From NCBI RefSeq assembly GCF_964355755.1, contig NC_092672.1, forward strand, positions 26,914,437 through 26,978,436: DNA of 64,000 nucleotides, written 5' to 3'. Both the position numbers and the translations under genes were made by a program. This document shows, in pieces, positions 26,201-40,000 of this stretch. The notes below the pieces were generated by a model that saw only the letters and a list, made by a program, of their open reading frames with translations, was not told the origin of the DNA and ran no database searches. Numbering within the stretch: position 1 is the first letter of the stretch; every line of letters starts with the position of its first letter. This DNA is from Antedon mediterranea. Lineage: Eukaryota > Animalia > Echinodermata.

Positions 26201-27354
26201 AATATTGAAATATGTCAGTCAGTGTGCTTTGATTATATTTCCTGGTGATTTGCGCTTTCGTGGTATGAAAAGTAACGTTTGGCATGTCTTCTCTACTTAT
26301 AACAAAAATTTGATTACACTTTTATTTAAATGCAATGTCTTTCTAAAGTTGAATTTGACTGATTTTGTATTTCAGGTTGTACATGACCGCAAGTCCGTAG
26401 ACGCAAAAGTTATAAAACTGTTGAAAGATTTGTGTTCAAAAACAAAGAGTAAGTTATAAAGAGTTATCTTATAACTCATAATTTACGGTTCTCATGTACT
26501 TGGTTAACTGAAGGCTTTGAAACTGCACAAATGAAATCATACAAGGTACACTTCTGTGTGCCTAATTACGAAAAATATCCTTGTATTATTGTGTGTGGGT
26601 ATTCTGCAGACAGTGCATACCACATTCACAAAACGCTCATATTTTTGACAACTGGTTCAACGAAAATTTGTCAAGAAATAGTAATATCTAACGCAACTAA
26701 ATTAGTAAATATTCTGTACCATAAAGCTTTAAAAAAAAGTAGGTTTCAGCTGAATGCATTGAGGGCTAATTATTAGTGGATATTATGCAGGTGATTGTTA
26801 TTGCTATAATTTACAAGTTAACAATTATAAGTATTAAAATGATTTTTGGATCAAGGAATGTGATTTTTAGCAAACTTGGCAACTCTTCTTCAACTTTTAA
26901 TCAATCTTCCTACTTTAAATATCTTTAACTACTGTAGTTAGACATGAGACTGACCAGGTGTCTGGTCTGAATTTTCCATTTTTTTTTCTTCTGATAATTT
27001 ATAATTTTTGTTATTTGTGCAATTTTGCAACTCTGACTATAACCCCAGATATTGAATATGCTTGTTTGTAACTGAGAGTTTTTAAAGAAAGTTGACGTAA
27101 GTTTACAGCATGATATTGGCGTTACTGGTGGAAGTAAAATTTCAGTTCTCTTTTATAGCATGGTGGTTCTTTAATTCAATTGTATTTTAGATTTGAGAGG
27201 ATGTCACTATCTTCAATTGTTAAAGAACCTTCAACAAAACAAAAGGTTTAGTAACGTCACAGAAAGCGCCCTCTTAGATGTTCTACAAAAACTGGAGAAG
27301 AACAGTGAAATAATTAGCACAACAAATGAACATTACATTCCATTCAGAATGTAA
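20296..27354 (+). CDS. STN1: CST complex subunit STN1 (OBFC1), complete, 9 exons
   Basis: Exons 20296-20371, 23056-23151, 23268-23342, 23432-23590, 24558-24679, 24827-24955, (25204 or 25366)-25500, 26376-26448, 27191-27354. Motifs AFAKLYIKDIL, YNGHQICKVDIFGIVV, VDDGTGVINCCCWK, GDSIHVRG, KVDDP..EIARMLELPKLYRDVYDK, GCHYLQLL..LEKNSEIISTTNEHY match STN1 OB-fold and winged-helix regions. Confidence 0.94.
20980..22800 (+). mobile_element. Heavily decayed LTR-retrotransposon (Gypsy-like) pol remnant in STN1 intron 1
   Basis: Frameshifted traces: RLVLPEEFKNMALKEL (~22188), PQMDG.T.RFNHTL (~22494), H..LG..SP (~22597), resembling retroviral-type integrase; purine-rich and higher GC than flanks. Boundaries uncertain, no LTR pair recognised. 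Confidence 0.5.
25520..26189. mobile_element. Tc1/mariner (pogo-like) MITE in a STN1 intron
   Basis: TA|CCGTACTGACGCTGGTATAAGCCCA ... TGGGTTTATACCTGCGTCAGTGTGG|TA, with internal GGGAGTGGGCTTATACCCGAG repeats. Confidence 0.8.
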
Positions 27355-28040
27355 TGATAAAAGAAAAAGGTTAGTAACTTCAAATAAAAAGGAAACAAAT
27401 AATATCTTAATATTGCTGAAATGGAAATTTATTATTAAACTTTATAATTGAATAACCATTTCTTTAATTATTGCATTTAAAAGCTATAAACTAATTTAAA
27501 ATTGTTTCTTAGCATATTATAATATGTATAAACTATGTACGATAATTAAAGATACATTTTGAATTAAATTCTAAAATGTAATGTTCTTACAAATTGCCAT
27601 TATAAAAATTGCTATATTGTTATTTTTTATCCTAAGTAAAGGTATTTTCTTAAATTTTAATGATTTAGGCAATATTTTTTTTAACTTACCCTTACTTTAC
27701 AATGTCAGTTAAGAAGAAATATTTGTTTTAATTATACTACAGTATATTCACAAGAAATAATGATAATTTACAAAAAAAATGATTATTTGGAAAATTTATC
27801 TAAATTACAAATTATTGTCAAAATCATGCAAATTTTGAATATATTATAGCTCCTCGGGATCGATGGTGACCTCCAATTTTTTAAATCTTCTATTGCAAGC
27901 AGATAAGGTGTAGATATGAATTCATGTAAAATTGTTATCTCTCCGATGTTTTTTACATCATCATATGGCTACTCAAATAAAAAATATAGGAATTTTGTCT
28001 CTTTTGTTATTGTTGATCACATTTAAATTATTCATTTATT

Positions 28041-31000
28041 CATTGCCAGAAGGAACAAGTTGGATGACTACATCATCTTTAAGTTTCCTTTGACCACAGA
28101 GAGTGCTTTGAAGAAATTTGAAGATAACAACACACTTGTCTTTATTGTTTCCCTCAAAGCTAACAAGTTCCAGATCAAGGCTGCTGTAAAGAAACTCTAC
28201 GAAATTAAACTGTCAAAGATCAATACACTCATCAGACCTGATGGACAGAAAAAAGCTCATGTGAGTTTGGAATCCGATTACAATGCTTTAGACATTGCAA
28301 ACAAAATGCAATTTAATTTATTTTTTGTCTTAAGCGAGACGCGCTGTATTAAATGTAATGAGCAGTGACGAAAGAGACAACAGAAGAATCATACCAAGGT
28401 AACATTTTAAAGATCAAAGATGCTCTCGCTGACATGTAATAAAAAATATCCCAGGAGGACTATTGCCAGAAGGAACAAGTTTAAGATGACTACAGCATCA
28501 TCAAGTTTCCTTTAACCACAGAGAGTGCTTTGAAGAAAATTGAAGAAAACAACACACTTGTCTTTATTGTTGTCCTCAAAGCTAACAAGTTCCAGATCAA
28601 GGCTGTTGTAAAGAAACTCTACAACATAAAGTGTCAAAGGGTCAACACACTCAACAGACCTGATAGGTACAAAAAAGCTTATGTAAGGTTGGAATCCGAT
28701 TACAATGCTTTAGACATTGCAAACAAAATGCAATTTAATTTATTTTTTGTCTTAAGCGAGACGCGCTGTATTAAATGTGATGAGCAGTGACGAAAGAGAC
28801 AACAGAAGAATCATACCAAGGTAACATTTAGAAGATCAAAGATACTCTCGCTGACATGTAATAAAAAATATCCCAGGAGGACTATTGCCAGAAGGAACAA
28901 GTTTAAGATGACTACAGCATCATCAAGTTTCCTTTAACCACAGAGAGTGCTTGGAAGAAAATTGAAGAAAACAACACATTTGTCTTTATTGTTGTCCTCA
29001 AAGCTAACAAGTTCCAGATCAAGGCTGTTGTAAAGAAACTCTACAACATAAAGTGTCAAAGGGTCAACACACTCAACAGACCTGATAGATTGGAAAAATC
29101 TTATGTAGGTTGAATCCGGTTACGATGCTTTAGACGTTTCAAACAAGATTGGTATAATATAAACCAGAATCGACAAGACCATGTTGCAAATTTTTGTCTT
29201 CTTGTTTGTAATCCATGTTTCTACAGTCCCACTGAAGGGAAAGGGCAAGTCACCTTGTGATAGGCTGCAATCTGACAGTCTATTTCATTTCAGAAAAAGA
29301 AGATTCATACCCGGTAATACCATGGTGACATTTAGAAGACCAAAGACACTGTCGCTGAAACGTAATCCATAATATCCCAGAAGGACCATTGCCAGAAGGA
29401 ACAAGTTGGATGACTACATCATCTTTAAGTTTCCTTTGACCACAGAGAGTGCTTTGAAGAAATTTGAAGATAACAACACACTTGTCTTTATTGTTGCCCT
29501 CAAAGCTAACAAGTTCCAGATCAAGGCTGCTGTAAAGAAACTCTACGAAATTAAACTGTCAAAGGTCAATACACTCATCAGACCTGATGGACAGAAAAAA
29601 GCTCATGTGAGTTTGGAATCCGATTACAATGCTTTAGACATTGCAAACAAAATGTAATTTAATTTATTTTTTGTCTTAAGCGAGATGCGCTGTATTAAAT
29701 GTAATGAGCAGTGACAAAAGAGACAACAGAAGAATCATACCAAGGTAACATTTTAAAGATCAAAGATGCTCTCGCTGACATGTAATAAAAAATATCCCAG
29801 GAGGACTATTGCCAGAAGGAACAAGTTTAAGATGACTACAGCATCATCAAGTTTCCTTTGACCACAGGGAGTGCTTTGAAGAAAATTGAAGAAAACAACA
29901 CACTTGTCTTTATTGTTGTCCTCAAAGCTAACAAGTTCCAGATCAAGGCTGTTGTAAAGAAACTCTACAACATAAAGGGTCAAAGGGTCAACACACTCAA
30001 CAGACCTGATAGATACAAAAAAGCTTATGTAAGGTTGGAATCTGGTTACGATGATTTAGACGTTTCAAACAAGATTGGTATAATATAAACCAGAATCGAC
30101 AAGACCATGTTGCAAATTTGTGTCTACTTGTTTGTATAATCCATGTTTCTACAGTCCCACTGAAGGGAAAGGGCCTTGTCACCTTGTGATAGGCTGCAAT
30201 TTGACAGTCTATTCCATTTCAGCTAAAGAAGATTCATACCATGGTGACATTTAGAAGACCAAAGACGCTCTCGCTGAAACGTAATCCATAATATCCCAGA
30301 AGGACCATTGCCAGAAGGAACAAGTTGGATGACTACATCATCTTTAAGTTTCCTTTGACCACAGAGAGTGCTTTGAAGAAATTTGAAGATAACAACACAC
30401 TTGTCTTTATTGTTGCCCTCAAAGCTAACAAGTTCCAGATCAAGGCTGCTGTAAAGAAACTCTACGAAATTAAACTGTCAAAGGTCAATACACTCATCAG
30501 ACCTGATGGACAGAAAAAAGCTCATGTGAGTTTGGAATCCGATTACAATGCTTTAGACATTGCAAACAAAATGAAATTTAATTTATATTTTGTCTTAAGC
30601 GAGACGCGCTGTATTAATTGTAATGAGCAGTGACGAAAGAGACAACAGAAGAATCATACCAAGGTAACATTTGGAAGATCAAAGATGCTCTCGCTGACAT
30701 GTAATAAAAAATATCCCAGGAGGACTATTGCCAGAAGGAACAAGTTAAAGATGACTACAGCATCATCAAGTTTCCTTTAACCACAGAGAGTGCTTGGAAG
30801 AAAATTGAAGAAAACAACACACTTTTCTTTATTGTTGTCCTCAAAGCTAACAAGTTCCAGATCAAGGCTGTTGTAAAGAAACTCTACAACATAAAGTGTC
30901 AAAGGGTCAACACACTCAACAGACCTGATAGATACAAAAAAGCTTATGTAGGTTGAATCCGGTTACGATGCTTTAGACGTTTCAAACAAGATTGGTATAA

Positions 31001-34000
31001 TATAAACCAGAATCGACAAGACCATGTTGCAAATTTTTGTCTTCTTGTTTGTAATCCATGTTTCTACAGTCCCACTGAAGGGAAAGGGCAAGTCACCTTG
31101 TGATAGGCTGCAATTTGACAGTCTATTCCATTTCAGCAAAAGAAGATTCATACCATGGTGACATTTAGAAGACCAAAGACGCTCTCGCTGAAACGTAATC
31201 CATAATATCCCAGAAGGACCATTGCCAGAAGGAACAAGTTGGATGACTACATCATCTTTAAGTTTCCTTTGACCACAGAGAGTGCTTTGAAGATATTTGA
31301 AGATAACAACACACTTGTCTTTATTGTTGCCCTCAAAGCTAACAAGTTCCAGATCAAGGCTGCTGTAAAGAAACTCTACGAAATTAAACTGTCAAAGGTC
31401 AATACACTCATCAGACCTGATGGACAGAAAAAAGCTCATGTGAGTTTGGAATCCGATTACAATGCTTTAGACATTACAAACAAAATGCAATTTAATTTAT
31501 TTTTTGTCTTAAGCGAGACGCGCTGTATTAAATGTAATGAGCAGTGACGAAAGAGACAACAGAAGAATCATACCAAAGTAACATTTTAAAGATCAAAGAT
31601 GCTCTCGCTGACATGTAATAAAAAATATCCCAGGAGGACTATTGCCAGAAGGAACAAGTTTAAGATGACTACAGCATCATCAAGTTTCCTTTAACCACAG
31701 AGAGTGCTTTGAAGAAAATTGAAGAAAACAACACACTTGTCTTTATTGTTGTCCTCAAAGCTAACAAGTTCCAGATCAAGGCTGCTGTAAAGAAACTCTA
31801 CAACATAAAGTGTCAAAGGGTCAACACACTCAACAGACCTGATAGATACAAAAAAGCTTATGTAAGGTTGGAATCCGATTACAATGCTTTAGACATTGCA
31901 AACAAAATGCAATTTAAATTATTTTTTGTCTTAAGCGAGACGCGCTGTATTAAATGTGATGAGCAGTGACGAAAGAGACTACAGAAAAATCATACCAAGG
32001 TAACATTTTGAAGATCAAAGATGCTCTCGCTGACATGTAATAAAAAATATCCCAGGAGGACTATTGCCAGAAGGAACAAGTTTAAGATGACTACAGCATC
32101 ATCAAGTTTCCTTTTACCACAGAAAGTACTTTGAAGAAAATTGAAGAAAACAACACACTTGTCTTTATTGTTGTCCTCAAAGCTAACAAGTTCCAGATCA
32201 AGGCTGTTGTAAAGAAACTCTACAACATAAAGGGTCAAAGGGTCAACACACTCAACAGACCTGATCGATACAAAAAAACTTATGTAAGGTTGGAATCCGA
32301 TTACAATGCTTTAGACATTAATTGCAAACAAAATGCAATTTAATTTATTTTTTGTCTTAAGCGAGACGCGCTGTATTAAATGTGATGAGCAGTGACGAAA
32401 GAGACTACAGAAGAATCATACCAAGGTAACATTTTGAAGATCAAAGATGCTCTCGCTGACATGTAATAAAAAATATCCCAGGAGGACTATTGCCAGAAGG
32501 AACAAGTTTAAGATGACTACAGCATCATCAAGTTTCCTTTAACCACAGAGAGTGCTTGGAAGAAAATTGAAGAAAACAACACACTTGTCTTTATTGTTGT
32601 CCTCAAAGCTAACAAGTTCCAGATCAAGGCTGTTGTAAAGAAACTCTACAACATAAAGGGTCAAAGGGTCAACACACTCAACAGACCTGATCAATACAAA
32701 AAAACTTATGTAAGGTTGGAATCCGATTACAATGCTTTAGACATTAATTGCAAACAAAATGCAATTTAATTTATTTTTTGTCTTAAGCGAGACGCGCTGT
32801 ATTAAATGTGATGAGCAGTGACGAAAGAGACTACAGAAGAATCATACCAAGGTAACATTTTGAAGATCAAAGATGCTCTCGCTGACATGTAATAAAAAAT
32901 ATCCCAGGAGGACTATTGCCAGAAGGAACAAGTTAAAGATGACTACAGCATCATCAAGTTTCCTTTAACCACAGAGAGTGCTTTGAAGAAAATTGAAGAA
33001 AACAACACACTTGTCTTTATTGTTGTCCTCAAAGCTAACAAGTTCCAGATCAAGGCTGCTGTAAAGAAACTCTACAACATAAAGTGTCAAAGGGTCAACA
33101 CACTCAACAGACCTGATAGATACAAAAAAGCTTATGTAAGGTTGGAATCCGATTACAATGCTTTAGACATTGCAAACAAAATGCAATTTAAATTATTTTT
33201 TGTCTTAAGTGAGACGCGCTGTATTAAATGTGATGAGCAGTGACGAAAGAGACTACAGAAAAATCATACCAAGGTAACATTTTAAAGATCAAAGATGCTC
33301 TCGCTGACATGTAATAAAAAATATCCCAGGAGGACTATTGCCAGAAGGAACAAGTTTAAGATGACTACAGCATCATCAAGTTTCCTTTTACCACAGAGAG
33401 TGCTTTGAAGAAAATTGAAGAAAACAACACACTTGTCTTTATTGTTGTCCTCAAAGCTAACAAGTTCCAGATCAAGGCTGTTGTAAAGAAACTCTACAAC
33501 ATAAAGGGTCAAAGGGTCAACACACTCAACAGACCTGATCGATACAAAAAAACTTATGTAAGGTTGGAATCCGATTACAATGCTTTAGACATTAATTGCA
33601 AACAAAATGCAATTTAATTTATTTTTTGTCTTAAGCGAGACGCGCTGTATTAAATGTGATGAGCAGTGACGAAAGAGACTACAGAAGAATCATACCAAGG
33701 TAACATTTTGAAGATCAAAGATGCTCTCGCTGACATGTAATAAAAAATATCCCAGGAGGACTATTGCCAGAAGGAACAAGTTTAAGATGACTACAGCATC
33801 ATCAAGTTTCCTTTAACCACAGAGAGTGCTTGGAAGAAAATTGAAGAAAACAACACACTTGTCTTTATTGTTGTCCTCAAAGCTAACAAGTTCCAGATCA
33901 AGGCTGTTGTAAAGAAACTCTACAACATAAAGGGTCAAAGGGTCAACACACTCAACAGACCTGATCAATACAAAAAAACTTATGTAAGGTTGGAATCCGA

Positions 34001-37000
34001 TTACAATGCTTTAGACATTAATTGCAAACAAAATGCAATTTAATTTATTTTTTGTCTTAAGCGAGACGCGCTGTATTAAATGTGATGAGCAGTGACGAAA
34101 GAGACTACAGAAGAATCATACCAAGGTAACATTTTGAAGATCAAAGATGCTCTCGCTGACATGTAATAAAAAATATCCCAGGAGGACTATTGCCAGAAGG
34201 AACAAGTTAAAGATGACTACAGCATCATCAAGTTTCCTTTAACCACAGAGAGTGCTTGGAAGAAAATTGAAGAAAACAACACACTTGTCTTTATTGTTGT
34301 CCTCAAAGCTAACAAGTTCCAGATCAAGGCTGTTGTAAAGAAACTCTACAACATAAAGTGTCAAAGGGTCAACACACTCAACAGACCTGATAGATACAAA
34401 AAAGCTTATGTAGGTTGAATCCGGTTACGGTGCTTTAGACGTTTCAAACAAGATTGGTATAATATAAACCAGAATCGACAAGACCATGTTGCAAATTTTT
34501 GTCTTCTTGTTTGTAATCCATGTTTCTACAGTCCCACTGAAGGGAAAGGGCAAGTCACCTTGTGATAGGCTGCAATTTGACAGTCTATTCCATTTCAGCA
34601 AAAGAAGATTCATACCATGGTGACATTTAGAAGACCAAAGACGCTCTCGCTGAAACGTAATCCATAATATCCCAGAAGGACCATTGCCAGAAGGAACAAG
34701 TTGGATGACTACATCATCTTTAAGTTTCCTTTGACCACAGAGAGTGCTTTGAAGATATTTGAAGATAACAACACACTTGTCTTTATTGTTGCCCTCAAAG
34801 CTAACAAGTTCCAGATCAAGGCTGCTGTAAAGAAACTCTACGAAATTAAACTGTCAAAGGTCAATACACTCATCAGACCTGATGGACAGAAAAAAGCTCA
34901 TGTGAGTTTGGAATCCGATTACAATGCTTTAGACATTACAAACAAAATGCAATTTAATTTATTTTTTGTCTTAAGCGAGACGCGCTGTATTAAATGTAAT
35001 GAGCAGTGACGAAAGAGACAACAGAAGAATCATACCAAGGTAACATTTTAAAGATCAAAGATGCTCTCGCTGACATGTAATAAAAAATATCCCAGGAGGA
35101 CTATTGCCAGAAGGAACAAGTTTAAGATGACTACAGCATCATCAAGTTTCCTTTGACCACAGGGAGTGCTTTGAAGAAAATTGAAGAAAACAACACACTT
35201 GTCTTTATTGTTGTCCTCAAAGCTAACAAGTTCCAGATCAAGGCTGTTGTAAAGAAACTCTACAACATAAAGGGTCAAAGGGTCAATACCCTCAACAGAC
35301 CTGATAGATACAAAAAAGCTTATGTAAGGTTGGAATCTGGTTACGATGATTTAGACGTTTCAAACAAGATTGGTATAATATAAACCAGAATCGACAAGAC
35401 CATGTTGCAAATTTGTGTCTACTTGTTTGTAATCCATGTTTCTATAGTCCCACTGAAGGGAAAGGGCCTTGTCACCTTGTGATAGGCTGCAATTTGACAG
35501 TCTATTCCATTTCAGCTAAAGAAGATTCATACCATGGTGACATTTAGAAGACCAAAGACGCTCTCGCTGAAACGTAATCCATAATATCCCAGAAGGACCA
35601 TTGCCAGAAGGAACAAGTTGGATGACTACATCATCTTTAAGTTTCCTTTGACCACAGAGAGTGCTTTGAAGAAATTTGAAGATAACAACACACTTGTCTT
35701 TATTGTTGCCCTCAAAGCTAACAAGTTCCAGATCAAGGCTGCTGTAAAGAAACTCTACGAAATTAAACTGTCAAAGGTCAATACACTCATCAGACCTGAT
35801 GGACAGAAAAAAGCTCATGTGAGTTTGGAATCCGATTACAATGCTTTAGACATTACAAACAAAATGCAATTTAATTTATTTTTTGTCTTAAGCGAGACGC
35901 GCTGTATTAAATGTAATGAGCAGTGACGAAAGAGACAACAGAAGAATCATACCAAGGTAACATTTTAAAGATCAAAGATGCTCTCGCTGACATGTAATAA
36001 AAAATATCCCAGGAGGACTATTGCCAGAAGGAACAAGTTTAAGATGACTACAGCATCATCAAGTTTCCTTTGACCACAGGGAGTGCTTTGAAGAAAATTG
36101 AAGAAAACAACACACTTGTCTTTATTGTTGTCCTCAAAGCTAACAAGTTCCAGATCAAGGCTGTTGTAAAGAAACTCTACAACATAAAGGGTCAAACGGT
36201 CAATACACTCAACAGACCTGATAGATACAAAAAAGCTTATGTAAGGTTGGAATCTGGTTACGATGATTTAGACGTTTCAAACAGGATTGGTATAATATAA
36301 ACCAGAATCGACAAGACCATGTTGCAAATTTGTGTCTACTTGTTTGTAATCCATGTTTCTACAGTCCCACTGAAGGGAAAGGGCCTTGTCACCTTGTGAT
36401 AGGCTGAAATTTGACAGTCTATTCCATTTCAGCTAAAGAAGATTCATACCATGGTGACATTTAGAAGACCAAAGACGCTCTCGCTGAAACGTAATCCATA
36501 ATATCCCAGAAGGACCATTGCCAGAAGGAACAAGTTGGATGACTACATCATCTTTAAGTTTCCTTTGACCACAGAGAGTGCTTTGAAGAAATTTGAAGAT
36601 AACAACACACTTGTCTTTATTGTTGCCCTCAAAGCTAACAAGTTCCAGATCAAGGCTGCTGTAAAGAAACTCTACGAAATTAAACTGTCAAAGGTCAATA
36701 CACTCATCAGACCTGATGGACAGAAAAAAGCTCATGTGAGTTTGGAATCCGATTACAATGCTTTAGACATTGCAAACAAAATGAAATTTAATTTATATTT
36801 TGTCTTAAGCGAGACGCGCTGTATTAATTGTAATGAGCAGTGACGAAAGAGACAACAGAAGAATCATACCAAGGTAACATTTGGAAGATCAAAGATGCTC
36901 TCGCTGACATGTAATAAAAAATATCCCAGGAGGACTATTGCCAGAAGGAACAAGTTAAAGATGACTACAGCATCATCAAGTTTCCTTTAACCACAGAGAG

Positions 37001-40000
37001 TGCTTTGAAGAAAATTGAAGAAAACAACACACTTGTCTTTATTGTTGTCCTCAAAGCTAACAAGTTCCAGATCAAGGCTGTTGTAAAGAAACTCTACAAC
37101 ATAAAGTGTCAAAGGGTCAACACACTCAACAGACCTGATAGATACAAAAAAGCTTATGTAAGGTTGGAATCCGATTACAATGCTTTAGACATTGCAAACA
37201 AAATGCAATTTAATTTATTTTTTGTCTTAAGCGAGACACGCTGTATTAAATGTGATGAGCAGTGACGAAAGAGACTACAGAAGAATAATACCAAGGTAAC
37301 ATTTTGAAGATCAAAGATGCTCTCGCTGACATGTAATAAAAAATATCCCAGGAGGACTATTGCCAGAAGGAACAAGTTTAAGATGACTACAGCATCATCA
37401 AGTTTCCTTTAACCACAGAGAGTGCTTGGAAGAAAATTGAAGAAAACAACACACTTGTCTTTATTGTTGTCCTCAAAGCTAACAAGTTCCAGATCAAGGC
37501 TGTTGTAAAGAAACTCTACAACATAAAGTGTCAAAGGGTCAACACACTCAACAGACCTGATAGATACAAAAAAGCTTATGTAGGTTGAATCCGGTTACGA
37601 TGATTTAGACGTTTCAAACAAGATTGGTATAATATAAACCAGAATCGACAAGACCATGTTGCAAATTTGTGTCTACTTGTTTGTAATCCATGTTTCTACA
37701 GTCCCACTGAAGGGAAAGGGCAAGTCACCTTTTGATAGGCTGCAATTTGACAGTCTATTCCATTTCAGCTAAAGAAGATTCATACCATGGTGACATTTAG
37801 AAGACCAAAGACGCTCTCGCTGAAACGTAATCCATAATATCCCAGAAGGACCATTGCCAGAAGGAACAAGTTGGATGACTACATCATCTTTAAGTTTCCT
37901 TTGACCACAGAGAGTGCTTTGAAGAAATTTGAAGATAACAACACACTTGTCTTTATTGTTGCCCTCAAAGCTAACAAGTTCCAGATCAAGGCTGCTGTAA
38001 AGAGACTCTACGAAATTAAACTGTCAAAGGTCAATACACTCATCAGACCTGATGGACAGAAAAAAGCTCATGTGAGTTTGGAATCCGATTACAATGCTTT
38101 AGACATTACAAACAAAATGCAATTTAATTTATTTTTTGTCTTAAGCGAGACGCGCTGTATTAAATGTAATGAGCAGTGACGAAAGAGACAACAGAAGAAT
38201 CATACCAAGGTAACATTTTAAAGATCAAAGATGCTCTCGCTGACATGTAATAAAAAATATCCCAGGAGGACTATTGCCAGAAGGAACAAGTTTAAGATGA
38301 CTACAGCATCATCAAGTTTCCTTTAACCACAGAGAGTGCTTGGAAGAAAATTGAAGAAAACAACACACTTGTCTTTATTGTTGTCCTCAAAGCTAACAAG
38401 TTCCAGATCAAGGCTGTTGTAAAGAAACTCTACAACATAAAGTGGCAAAGGGTCAACACACTCAACAGACCTGATAGATAGAAAAAAGCTTATGTAGGTT
38501 GAATCAAGTTATGATGCTTTAGACGTTTCAAACAAGATTGGTATAATATAAACCAGAATCGACAAGACCATGTTGCAAATTTTTGTCTACTTGTTTATAA
38601 TCCATGTTTCTACAGTCCCACTGAAGGGAAGGAGAATGCTTCCTTGTGATTGGCTGCAATTTTACAGTCCATTCTATTTCAGCAAATGAAGATTCATACC
38701 AAGGTGACATTTAGAAGACCAAAGATGCTCTCGCTGAAACATAATCCATAATATCCCAGAAGGACCATTGCCAGAAGGAACAAGTTGGATGACTACATCA
38801 TCTTTAAGTTTCCTTCGACCACAGAGAGTGCTTTGAAGAAATTTGAAGATAACAACAAACTTGTCTTTATTGTTGCCCTCAAAGCTAACAAGTTCCAGAT
38901 CAAGGCTGTTGTAAAGAAACACTACAACATAAAGTGTCAAAGGGTCAACGCACTCAACAGACCTGATAGATACAAAAAAGCTTATGTAAGGTTGGAATCT
39001 GGTTACGATGATTTAGAAGTTTCAAACAAGATTGGTATAATATAAACCAGAATCGACAAGACCATGTTGCAAATTTTTGTCTACTTGTTTGTAATCCTTG
39101 CTTCTACAGTCCCACTGAAGGGAAGGAGAATGCTTCCTTGTGATAGGCTGCAATTTTACAGTCCATTCTATTTCAGCAAAAGAAGATTCATACCAAGGTG
39201 ACATTTAGAAGACCAAAGATGCTCTCGCTGAAACATAATCCATAATATCCCAGAAGGACCATTGCCAGAAGGAACAAGTTGGATGACTACATCATCTTTA
39301 AGTTTCCTTCGACCACAGAGAGTGCTTTGAAGAAATTTGAAGATAACAACAAACTTGTCTTTATTGTTGCCCTCAAAGCTAACAAGTTCCAGATCAAGGC
39401 TGTTGTAAATAAACTTTGCAACATAAAGTGTCAAAGGTCAATACACTCATCAGACCTGATGGACAGAAAAAAGCTCATTTGAGTTTGGAATCCGATTACA
39501 ATGCTTCAGACATTGCAAACAAAATGCAATTTAATTTAATTTTTGTCTTAAACAGACGCGCTGTATTAAATGTGATGAGCAATGACGAAAGAGACAAACG
39601 AGGAATCATACCAAGGTGACATTTCGAAGATCAAAGATACTCTCGCTGACATGTAATCAAAAATATCCCAGGAAGACCATTGCCAGAAGGAACAAGTTTA
39701 AGATGACTACAGCATCATCAAGTTTCCTTTAACCTCAGAGAGTGCTTTGAAGAAAATTTAAGAAAACAACACACTTGTCTTTGTTGTTGCCCTCAAAACT
39801 AACAATATCCAGATCAAGGCTGTTGTAAAGAAACTCTACAACATAAAGTGTCAAAGGGTCAACACACTCAACAGACCTGATATATACAAAAAAGCTTATG
39901 TAAGGTTGGAATCTAGTTACGATGATTTAAACGTTTCAAACAAGATTGGTATAATATAAGCCAGAATCGACAAGACCATGTTGAAAATGTTTGTCTATTT

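Noticed and set aside
28777-28860. GTGATGA...CTGA (C/D box-like) and TGATGAG..CGAAA (hammerhead-like) motifs in linker X
   Set aside because: Lies in RPL23A coding-derived sequence, is GTAATGA in many units, has no proper terminal stem or stem II, and I recognise no rRNA guide. A snoscan/Infernal run would settle it.
28060-39619. Many 60-102 aa 'RPL23A' ORFs as functional genes
   Set aside because: Most listed starts are TTG (Leu) codons; upstream frames have stops or frameshifts, the N-terminus is absent and many C-termini are aberrant.
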